A stretch of DNA of 64,000 bases, from assembly GCA_964016885.1 (NCBI GenBank), contig OZ024741.1, positions 356,872,001-356,936,000 of the forward strand, written 5' to 3'. A program made the translations under genes and the position numbers. Positions 52,101-64,000 of the stretch are shown piece after piece (position 1 is the first letter of the stretch; each line of letters starts with the position of its first letter). The stretch is from Eledone cirrhosa (lineage: Eukaryota). The notes beneath the pieces were generated by a model that was given only the letters and a program-made list of their open reading frames with translations, ran no database searches and had not been told where the DNA came from.

Positions 52101-55100
52101 TACACAGTCTTCAGCACTACCATCAAGACCCCTACTGTTAAACAGTCTTCACCACTACCATCAAGAGCCCTACTGTTAAACAGTCTTCACCACTACCATC
52201 AAGACTCCTACTGTTACACAGTCTTCACCACTACCATCAAGACCCCTACTGTTAAACAGTCTTCACCACTGCCATCAAGACTCCTACTGTTACACAGTCT
52301 TCACCACTACCATCAAGACCCCTACTGTTACACAGTCTTCACCACTACCATCAAGACCCCTACTGTTAAACAGTCTTCACCACTGCCATCAAGACTCCTA
52401 CTGTTACACAGTCTTCACCACTACCATCAAGACGCCTACTGTTACACAGTCTTCACCACTACCATCAAGACCCCTACTGTTAAACAGTCTTCACCACTAC
52501 CATCAAGACCCCTACTGTTACACAGTCTTCACCACTACCATCAAGACCCCTACTGTTACACAGTCTTCACCACTGCCATCAAGACCCCTACTGTTAAACA
52601 GTCTTCACCACTGCCATCAAGACTCCTACTGTTACATAGTCTTCACCACTACCATCAAGACCCCTACTGTTACACAGTGTTCAACATTACCATCAAGATC
52701 CCTACTGTTACACAGTCTTCACCATTACCATCAAGACCCATACTGTTACACAGTCTTCACTACTACCATCAAGAGCCCTACTGTTACACAGTCTTCACCA
52801 TTACCATCAAGACCCCTACTGTTACACAGTCTTCACCATTACCATCAAGACCCCTACTGTTACACAGTCTTTACCACTACTATCAAGACCCCTACTGTTC
52901 CACAGACTTCACCACTACCATCAAGACTCCTGCTGTTACACAGTCTTCACCACTACCATCAAGATCCCTACTGTTATACAGTCTTCACCACTACCATCAA
53001 GACCCCTATTGTTACACAGTCTTCACCACTACCATCAAGACCCCTACTGTTACACAGTCTTCACTGCTACCATCAAGACCCATACTGTTACACATTCTTC
53101 ACTACTACCATTAAGACCCCTACTGTAACACAGTCTTCACCACTACCATCAAGACCCCTACTGTTCCACAGACTTCACCACTACCATCAAGACTCCTGCT
53201 GTTCCACAGTCTTCACCACTACCGTCAAGATCCCTACTGTTATACAGTCTTCACCACTACCATCAAGACTCCTACCATTACAGTCTTCACCATTACCATC
53301 AAGACCCCTACTGTTACACAGTCTTCACCATTACCATCAAGACTCCTACTGTTACACAGTCTTCACCACTGCCATCAAGACTCCTACTGTTACACAGTCT
53401 TCACCACTACCATCAAGACCCCTACTGTTACACAGTCTTCACCACTACCATCAAGACTCCTACTGTTACACAGTCTTCACCACTACCATCAATACCCCTA
53501 CTGTTACAGAGTCTTCACCACTACCATCAAGACCCCTACTGTTACACAGTCTTCACCACTACCATCAAGACTCCTACTGTTAAACAGTCTTCACCACTGC
53601 CATCAAGACTCCTACTGTTACACAGTCTTCACCACTACCATCAAGACCCCTACTGTTACACAGTCTTCACCACTACCATCAAGACTCCTACTGTTACACA
53701 GTCTTCACCACTACCATCAATACCCCTACTGTTACACAGTCTTCACCTCTACCATCGAGACCCCTACTGTTCCACTGTCTTCACCACTGCCATCAAGAAC
53801 CCTACTGTTCCACAGTCTTCACCACTACCATCAAGACCCCTACTGTTACAGTCTTCACCATTACCATCAAGTCTCCTACTGTTACACAGTCTTCACCACT
53901 ACCATCAAGACCCCTGCTGCAATACAGTCTTTACCACTACCATCAATACCCCTACTGTTACACAGTCTTCAACATTACCATCAAGACCCCTACTGTTCCA
54001 CAGTCTTCACTACTACCATCAAGACCCCTACTGTTACACAGTCTTCACCACTACCATCAAGACCCTACTGTTACATAGTCTTCACCATTACCAACAAGAC
54101 TCCTACTGTTACACAGTCTTCACCACTACCATCAAGACCCTTGCTGCAACACAGTCTTTACCACTACCATCAATACCCCTACTGTTACACAGTCTTCAAC
54201 ATTACCATCAAGAGCCCTATTGTTCCACAGTCTTCACTACTACCATCAAGACCCCTACTGTTACACAGTCTTCACCACTGCCATCAAGACCCTACTGTTA
54301 CACAGTCTTCACCGCTATAATCAAGACCCCTACTGTTACACAGTCTTCACTACTACCATCAAGAGCCCTACTGTTCCACAGTCTTCACTACTACGATCAA
54401 GACCCCTACTGTTACACAGTCTTCACCACTACCATCAAGACTCCTACTGTTACACAGTCTTCACCACTGCCATCAAGACTCATACTGTTACACAGTCTTC
54501 ACCATTACCATCAAGACTCCTACTGTTACACAGTCTTCACCATTACCATCAAGACCCCTATTGTTACACAGTCTTCACCACTACCATCAAGACCCCTACT
54601 GTTACACAGTCTTCACTGCTACCATCAAGACTCCTACTGTTACACAGTCTTCACCATTACCATCAAGACTCCTACTGTTACACAGTCTTCACCATTACCA
54701 TCAAGACCCCTATTGTTACACAGTCTTCACCACTACCATCAAGACCCATACTGTTACACATTCTTCACTACTACCATTAAGACCCCTACTGTAACACAGT
54801 CTTTACCACTACTATCAAGACCCCTACTGTTCCACAGACATCACCACTACCATCAAGACTCCTGCTGTTCCACAGTCTTCACCACTACCATCAAGATCCC
54901 TACTGTTATACAGTCTTCACCACTACCATCAAGACTCATACTGTTACACAGTCTTCACCATTACCATCAAGACCCCTACTGTTACACAGTCTTCACCATT
55001 ACCATCAAGACCCCTACTGTTACACAGTCTTCACCATTACCATCAAGACTCCTACTTTTACACAGTCTTCACCACTAGCATCAAGACTCCTGCCGTTACA

Positions 55101-58100
55101 CAGTCTTCACCATTACCATCAAGACCCCTACTGTTACAGAGTCTTCACCACTACCATCAAGACCCCTACTGTTACACAGTCTTCACCACTACCATCAAGA
55201 CTCCTACTGTTAAACAGTCTTCACCACTGCCATCAAGACTCCTACTGTTACACAGTCTTCACCACTACCATCAAGACCCCTACTGTTACACAGTCTTCAC
55301 CACTACCATCAAGACCCCTACTGTTACACAGTCTTCACCACTACCATCAAGACTCCTACTGTTACACAGTCTTCACCACTACCATCAATACCCCTACTGT
55401 TACACAGTCTTCACCTCTACCATCGAGACCCCTACTGTTCCACAGTCTTCACCACTGCTATCAAGACCCCTACTGTTACACAGTCTCCACCACTACCATC
55501 AAGACTCCTACTGTTACACAGTCTTCACCATTACCATCAAGACCCCTACTGTTACACAGTCTTCGCCACTACCATCAAGATACTACAGTTACACTGTCTT
55601 CACCACTACGATCAAGACCCCTTCTGCTCCACAGTCTTCACCACTGCCATCAAGACTCCTACTGTTACACAGTCTTCACCGCTACCATCAAGACCCATAC
55701 TGTTACACAGTCTTCACCACTACCATCAAGACCCCTACTGTTACACAGTCTTCACCACTGCCATCAAGACCCCTACTGTTACACAGTCTTCACCACTGCC
55801 ATCAAGAACCCTACTGTTACACAGTCTTCACCACTGCCATCAAGACCCCTACTGTTACACAGTCTTCACCACTGCCATCAAGAACCCTACTGTTACACAG
55901 TCTTCACCACTGCCATCAGGACTCCTACTGTTACACAGTCTTCACCACTACCATCAAGACTCCTACTGTTACTCAGTCTTCACCACTACCATCAAGCCTC
56001 CTACTGTTACACAGTCTTCACCACTACCATCAGGACCCCTACTGTTACACAGTCTTCACCACTACCATCAAGACTCCTACTGTTACACAGTCTTCACCAC
56101 TACCATCAAGACTCATACTGTTACACAGTCTTCACCACTGCCATCAAGACTCCTACTGTTACACAGTCTTCACCACTACCATCAAGACCCCTACTGTTAC
56201 ACAGTCTTCACCACTGCCATCAAGACTCCTACTGTTACACAGTCTTCACCACTACCATCAAGACTCCTACTGTTACACAGTCTTCACCACTACCATCAAG
56301 ACTCATACTGTTACACAGTCTTCACCACTGCCATCAAGACTCCTACTGTTACACAGTCTTCACCACTGCCATCTAGACTCCTACTGTTACACAGTCTTCA
56401 CCACTACCATCAAGACTCCTACTGTTACACAGTCTTCACCACTGCCATCTAGACTCCTACTGTTACACAGTCTTCACCACTACCATCAAGACTCCTACTG
56501 TTACGCAGTCTTCACCACTGCCATCAAGACTCCTACTGTTACACAGTCTTCACCACTGCCATCAAGACTCCTACTGTTATGCAGTCTTCACCACTGCCAT
56601 CAAGACTCCTACTGTTACACAGTCTTCACCACTGCCATGTAGACTCCTACTGTTACACAGTCTTCACCACTACCATCAAGACTCCTACTGTTACACAGTC
56701 TTCACCACTGCTATCTAGACTCCTACTGTTACACAGTCTTCACCACTAGCATCAAGACCCCTACTGTTACACAGTCTTCACCACTATCATCAAAACCCCT
56801 ACTGTTACACAGTCTTCACCACTACCATCAAGACTCCTACTGTTACACAGTCTTCACCATTACCATCAAGACCCCTACTGTTCCACAGTCTTCACCATTA
56901 CCATCAAGACCCCTACTGTTCCACAGTCTTCACCACTACCATCAACATCCCTACTGTTCCACAGTCTTCACAACCACCATCAAGACCCCTACGGTTACAC
57001 AGTCTTCACCACTGCCATCAAGACCCCTACTGTTACACAGTCTTCACCACTACCATCAAGACCCCTACTGTTACACAGTCTTCACCACTACCATCAAGAC
57101 TCCTACTGTTACACAGTCTTCACCACTACCATCAAGACCCCTACTGTTACACAGTCTTCACCACTACCATAAAGACCCCTACTGTTCCACAGTCTTCACC
57201 ACTGCCATCAAGACTCCTACTGTTACACAGTCTCCACCACTACCATCAAGACCCCTACTGTTACACAGTCTTCACCACTACCATCAAGACTCCTACTGTT
57301 ACACAGTCTTCACCACTACCATCAAGACTCCTACTGTTACACAGTCTTCACCACTACCATCAAGACCCCTACTGTTACAAAGTCTTCACCACTACCATCA
57401 AGACTCCTACTGTTACACAGTCTTCACCACTACCATCAAGACCCCTACTGTTACACAGTCTTCACCACTACCATCAAGACCCCTACTGTTCCACAGTCTT
57501 CACCACTGCCATCAAGACTCCTACTGTTACACAGTCTTCACCATTACCATCAAGACCCCTACTGTTACACAGTCTTCACCACTGCCATCAAGACCCCTAC
57601 TGTTCCGCAGTCTTCACCACTACCATCAAGACCCCTACTGTTCCACAGTCTTCACCACTACCATCAAGACCCCTACTGTTACACAGTCTTCACCACTGCC
57701 ATCAAGACCCCTACTGTTCCGCAGTCTTCACCACTACCATCAAGACTCCTACTGTCACACAGTCTTCACCACTACCATCAAGACCCCTACTGTTCGACAG
57801 TCTTCACCACTGCCATCAAGACTCCTACTGTTACACAGTCTTCACCACTACCATCAAGACTCCTACTGTTACACTGTCTTCACCACTACCATCAAGACCC
57901 CTGCTGCAACACAGTCTTTACCACTACCATCAAGACCCCTACTGTTCCACAGTCTTCAGTACTACCATCAAGACCCTACTGTTACACAGTCTTCACCATT
58001 ACCATCAAGACTCCTACTGTTACACAGTCTTCACCACTACCATCAAGACCCCTACTGTTAAACAGTCTTCACCACTACCATCATGACTCCTACTGTTACA

Positions 58101-61100
58101 CAGTCTTCACCACTACCATCAAGACCCCTACTGTTAAACAGTCTTCACCACTGCCATCAAGACTCCTACTGTTACACAGTCTTCACCACTACCATCAAGA
58201 CCCCTACTGTTACACAGTCTTCACCACTACCATCAAGACCCCTACTGTTAAACAGTCTTCACCACTGCCATCAAGACTCCTACTGTTACACAGTCTTCAC
58301 CACTACCATCAAGACCCCTACTGTTACACAGTCTTCAGCACTACCATCAAGACCCCTACTGTTAAACAGTCTTCACCACTACCATCAAGACCCCTACTGT
58401 TAAACAGTCTTCACCACTACCATCAAGACTCCTACTGTTACACAGTCTTCACCACTACCATCAAGACCCCTACTGTTAAACAGTCTTCACCACTGCCATC
58501 AAGACTCCTACTGTTACACAGTCTTCACCACTACCATCAAGACCCCTACTGTTACACAGTCTTCACCACTACCATCAAGACCCCTACTGTTAAACAGTCT
58601 TCACCACTGCCATCAAGACTCCTACTGTTACACAGTCTTCACCACTACCATCAAGACCCCTACTGTTACACAGTCTTCACCACTACCATCAAGACCCCTA
58701 CTGTTAAACAGTCTTCACCACTACCATCAAGACCCCTACTGTTACACAGTCTTCACCACTACCATCAAGACCCCTACTGTTACACAGTCTTCACCACTGC
58801 CATCAAGACCCCTACTGTTAAACAGTCTTCACCACTGCCATCAAGACTCCTACTGTTACATAGTCTTCACCACTACCATCAAGACCCCTACTGTTACACA
58901 TTGTTCACCATTACCATCAAGATCCCTACTGTTACACAGTCTTCACCATTACCATCAAGACCCATACTGTTACACAGTCTTCACTACTACCATCAAGAGC
59001 CCTACTGTTACACAGTCTTCACCATTACCATCAAGACCCCTACTGTTACACAGTCTTCACCATTACCATCAAGACCCCTACTGTTACACAGTCTTTACCA
59101 CTACTATCAAGACCCCTACTGTTCCACAGACTTCACCACTACCATCAAGACTCCTGCTGTTCCACAGTCTTCACCACTACCATCAAGATCCCTACTGTTA
59201 TACAGTCTTCACCACTACCATCAAGACTCCTACTGTTACACAGTCTTCACCTCTACCATCAAGACCCCCTACTGTTACACAGTCTTCACCACTACCATCA
59301 AGACTCCTACTGTTACACAGTCTTCACCACTGCCATCAAGACTCCTACTGTTACACAGTCTTCACCATTACCATCAAGACCCCTATTGTTACACAGTCTT
59401 CACCACTACCATCAAGACCCCTACTGTTACACAGTCTTCACTGCTACCATCAAGACCCATACTGTTACACATTCTTCACTACTACCATTAAGACCCCTAC
59501 TGTAACACAGTCTTCACCACTACCATCAAGACCCCTACTGTTCCACAGACTTCACCACTACCATCAAGACTCCTGCTGTTCCACAGTCTTCACCACTACC
59601 GTCAAGATCCCTACTGTTATACAGTCTTCACCACTACCATCAAGACTCCTACCATTACAGTCTTCACCATTACCATCAAGACCCCTACTGTTACACAGTC
59701 TTCACCATTACCATCAAGACTCCTACTGTTACACAGTCTTCACCACTAGCATCAAGACTCCTGCCGTTACACAGTCTTCACCATTACCATCAAGACCCCT
59801 ACTGTTACAGAGTCTTCACCACTACCATCAAGACCCCTACTGTTACACAGTCTTCACCACTACCATCAAGACTCCTACTGTTAAACAGTCTTCACCACTG
59901 CCATCAAGACTCCTACTGTTACACAGTCTTCACCACTACCATCAAGACCCCTACTGTTACACAGTCTTCACCACTACCATCAAGACTCCTACTGTTACAC
60001 AGTCTTCACCACTACCATCAATACCCCTACTGTTACACAGTCTTCACCTCTACCATCGAGACCCCTACTGTTCCACAGTCTTCACCACTGCCATCAAGAA
60101 CCCTACTGTTCCACAGTCTTCACCACTACCATCAAGACCCCTACTGTTACAGTCTTCACCATTACCATCAAGACTCCTACTGTTACACAGTCTTCACCAC
60201 TACCATCAAGACCCCTGCTGCAATACAGTCTTTACCACTACCATCAATACCCCTACTGTTACACAGTCTTCAACATTACCATCAAGACCCCTACTGTTCC
60301 ACAGTCTTCACTACTACCATCAAGACCCCTACTGTCACACAGTCTTCACCACTGCCATCAAGACCCTACTGTTACATAGTCTTCACCATTACCATCAAGA
60401 CTCCTACTGTTACACAGTCTTCACCACTACCATCAAGACCCCTGCTGCAACACAGTCTTTACCACTACCATCAATACCCCTACTGTTACACAGTCTTCAA
60501 CATTACCATCAAGACCCCTATTGTTCCACAGTCTTCGCTACTACCATCAAGACCCCTACTGTTACACAGTCTTCACCACTGCCATCAAGACCCTACTGTT
60601 ACACAGTCTTCACCGCTATCATCAAGACCCCTACTGTTACACAGTCTTCACTACTACCATCAAGAGCCCTACTGTTCCACAGTCTTCACTACTACGATCA
60701 AGACCCCTACTGTTACACAGTCTTCACCACTACCATCAAGACTCCTACTGTTACACAGTCTTCACCACTGCCATCAAGACTCATACTGTTACACAGTCTT
60801 CACCATTACCATCAAGACTCCTACTGTTACACAGTCTTCACCATTACCATCAAGACCCCTATTGTTACACAGTCTTCACCACTACCATCAAGACCCCTAC
60901 TGTTACACAGTCTTCACTGCTACCATCAAGACCCATACTGTTACACATTCTTCACTACTACCATTAAGACCCCTACTGTAACACAGTCTTTACCACTACT
61001 ATCAAGACCCCTACTGTTCCACAGACATCACCACTACCATCAAGACTCCTGCTGTTCCACAGTCTTCACCACTACCATCAAGATCCCTACTGTTATACAG

Positions 61101-64000
61101 TCTTCACCACTACCATCAAGACTCCTACCGTTACACAGTCTTCACCACTACCATCAAGACCCCTACTGTTACACAGTCTTCACCATTACCATCAAGACTC
61201 CTACTGTTACACAGTCTTCACCACTAGCATCAAGACTCCTGCCGTTACACAGTCTTCACCATTACCATCAAGACCCCTACTGTTACAGAGTCTTCACCGC
61301 TACCATCAAGACCCCTACTGTTCCACAGTCTTCACCACTACCATCAAGACTCCTACTGTTACGCAGTCTTCACCACTATCATCAAAACCCCTACTGTTAC
61401 ACAGTCTTCACCACTACCATCAAGACCCCTACTGTTACACAATCTTCACTACTACCATCAAGACCCCTACTGTTACACAGTCTTCACCACTACCATCAAG
61501 ACTCCTACTGTTACACAGTCTTCACCATTACCATCAAGACCCCTACTGTTACACAGTCTTCACCACTACCATCAACATCCCTACTGTTCCACAGTCTTCA
61601 CAACCACCATCAAGACCCCTACGGTTACACAGTCTTGACCACTACCATCAAGACACCTACTGTTACACAGTCTTCACCACTGCCATCAAGACCCCTACTG
61701 TTACACAGTCTTCACCACTACCATCAAGACCCCTACTGTTACACAGTCTTCACCACTGCCATCAAGACCCCTACTGTTAAACAGTCTTCACCACTGCCAT
61801 CAAGACTCCTACTGTTACATAGTCTTCACCACTACCATCAAGACCCCTACTGTTACACAGTGTTCACCATTACCATCAAGATCCCTACTGTTACACAGTC
61901 TTCACCATTACCATCAAGACCCATACTGTTACACAGTCTTCACTACTACCATCAAGAGCCCTACTGTTACACAGTCTTCACCATTACCATCAAGACCCCT
62001 ACTGTTACACAGTCTTCACCATTACCATCAAGACCCCTACTGTTACACAGTCTTTACCACTACTATCAAGACCCCTACTGTTCCACAGACTTCACCACTA
62101 CCATCAAGACTCCTGCTGTTCCACAGTCTTCACCACTACCATCAAGATCCCTACTGTTATACAGTCTTCACCACTACCATCAAGACCCCTATTGTTACAC
62201 AGTCTTCACCACTACCATCAAGACCCCTACTGTTACACAGTCTTCACTGCTACCATCAAGACCCATACTGTTACACATTCTTCACTACTACCATTAAGAC
62301 CCCTACTGTAACACAGTCTTCACCACTACCATCAAGACCCCTACTGTTCCACAGACTTCACCACTACCATCAAGACTCCTGCTGTTCCACAGTCTTCACC
62401 ACTACCGTCAAGATCCCTACTGTTATACAGTCTTCACCACTACCATCAAGACTCCTACCATTACAGTCTTCACCATTACCATCAAGACCCCTACTGTTAC
62501 ACAGTCTTCACCATTACCATCAAGACTCCTACTGTTACACAGTCTTCACCACTAGCATCAAGACTCCTGCCGTTACACAGTCTTCACCATTACCATCAAG
62601 ACCCCTACTGTTACAGAGTCTTCACCACTACCATCAAGACCCCTACTGTTACACAGTCTTCACCACTACCATCAAGACTCCTACTGTTAAACAGTCTTCA
62701 CCACTGCCATCAAGACTCCTACTGTTACACAGTCTTCACCACTACCATCAAGACCCCTACTGTTACACAGTCTTCACCACTACCATCAAGACTCCTACTG
62801 TTACACAGTCTTCACCACTACCATCAATACCCCTACTGTTACACAGTCTTCACCTCTACCATCGAGACCCCTACTGTTCCACTGTCTTCACCACTGCCAT
62901 CAAGAACCCTACTGTTCCACAGTCTTCACCACTACCATCAAGACCCCTACTGTTACAGTCTTCACCATTACCATCAAGTCTCCTACTGTTACACAGTCTT
63001 CACCACTACCATCAAGACCCCTGCTGCAATACAGTCTTTACCACTACCATCAATACCCCTACTGTTACACAGTCTTCAACATTACCATCAAGACCCCTAC
63101 TGTTCCACAGTCTTCACTACTACCATCAAGACCCCTACTGTTACACAGTCTTCACCACTACCATCAAGACCCTACTGTTACATAGTCTTCACCATTACCA
63201 ACAAGACTCCTACTGTTCCACAGTCTTCACCACTACCATCAAGACCCCTACTGTTACAGTCTTCACCATTACCATCAAGTCTCCTACTGTTACACAGTCT
63301 TCACCACTACCATCAAGACCCCTGCTGCAACACAGTCTTTACCACTACCATCAATACCCCTACTGTTACACAGTCTTCAACATTACCATCAAGAGCCCTA
63401 TTGTTCCACAGTCTTCACTACTACCATCAAGACCCCTACTGTTACACAGTCTTCACCACTGCCATCAAGACCCTACTGTTACACAGTCTTCACCGCTATC
63501 ATCAAGACCCCTACTGTTACACAGTCTTCACTACTACCATCAAGAGCCCTACTGTTCCACAGTCTTCACTACTACGATCAAGACCCCTACTGTTACACAG
63601 TCTTCACCACTACCATCAAGACTCCTACTGTTACACAGTCTTCACCACTGCCATCAAGACTCATACTGTTACACAGTCTTCACCACTACCATCAAGACCC
63701 CTACTGTTACACAGTCTTCACTGCTACCATCAAGACCCATACTGTTACACATTCTTCACTACTACCATTAAGACCCCTACTGTAACACAGTCTTTACCAC
63801 TACTATCAAGACCCCTACTGTTCCACAGACATCACCACTACCATCAAGACTCCTGCTGTTCCACAGTCTTCACCACTACCATCAAGATCCCTACTGTTAT
63901 ACAGTCTTCACCACTACCATCAAGACTCATACTGTTACACAGTCTTCACCATTACCATCAAGACCCCTACTGTTACACAGTCTTCACCATTACCATCAAG
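13178..64000. repeat. 38-bp tandem satellite array, ~1,340 copies, head-to-tail, continues past the window end
   Basis: Consensus CAGTCTTCACCACTACCATCAAGACCCCTACTGTTACA; recurrent variants TACC/TGCC, GACCCC/GACTCC, GTTACA/GTTCCA, CACT/CATT; occasional 35-37-bp units; no spacers. Confidence 0.99.

Noticed and set aside
13126-62297. Giant mucin-like or His-rich protein genes (2039, 1462, 978, 654 aa ORFs)
   Set aside because: The same peptide appears in all frames, starts are TTG/GTG or chance ATG variants, and stops and 1-2-bp indels recur; the stop-free monomer explains them.
13178-64000. CRISPR array (repeat length 38 bp with dyad symmetry)
   Set aside because: Monomers are directly head-to-tail with no unique spacers, there are no cas genes, and the context is eukaryotic.
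13178-64000. Telomeric or centromeric identity of the array
   Set aside because: No TTAGGG-type repeats, and sequence alone gives no evidence of centromere function.

Overview
AT-rich eukaryotic DNA. The repeat families (CORE/RTE-tailed SINEs, TTAA MITEs, TA/CT/CAT microsatellites) look like an octopus/cephalopod genome; this is inference. Bases 1-12.7 kb appear to be one large intron packed with decayed mobile elements: piggyBac-type MITEs, tRNA-derived SINEs with target-site duplications, two non-autonomous Helitrons, mariner and DD37D/maT remnants, an RTE LINE 3' end, and Penelope-like palindromes. At 12728-12956 (+) lies the last coding exon of an FBXL5 orthologue (iron/oxygen-sensing F-box protein), which keeps the C-terminal cysteines that bind [2Fe-2S] in human FBXL5; the ORF track misses it. 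About 220 bp after its stop codon a pure 38-bp tandem satellite begins (consensus CAGTCTTCACCACTACCATCAAGACCCCTACTGTTACA, ~1,340 copies) and runs off the end of the window (>50.8 kb). The giant ORFs in the track are by-products of this stop-free monomer. The array is built from multi-kb duplicated blocks of variant monomers. It is not a CRISPR array.
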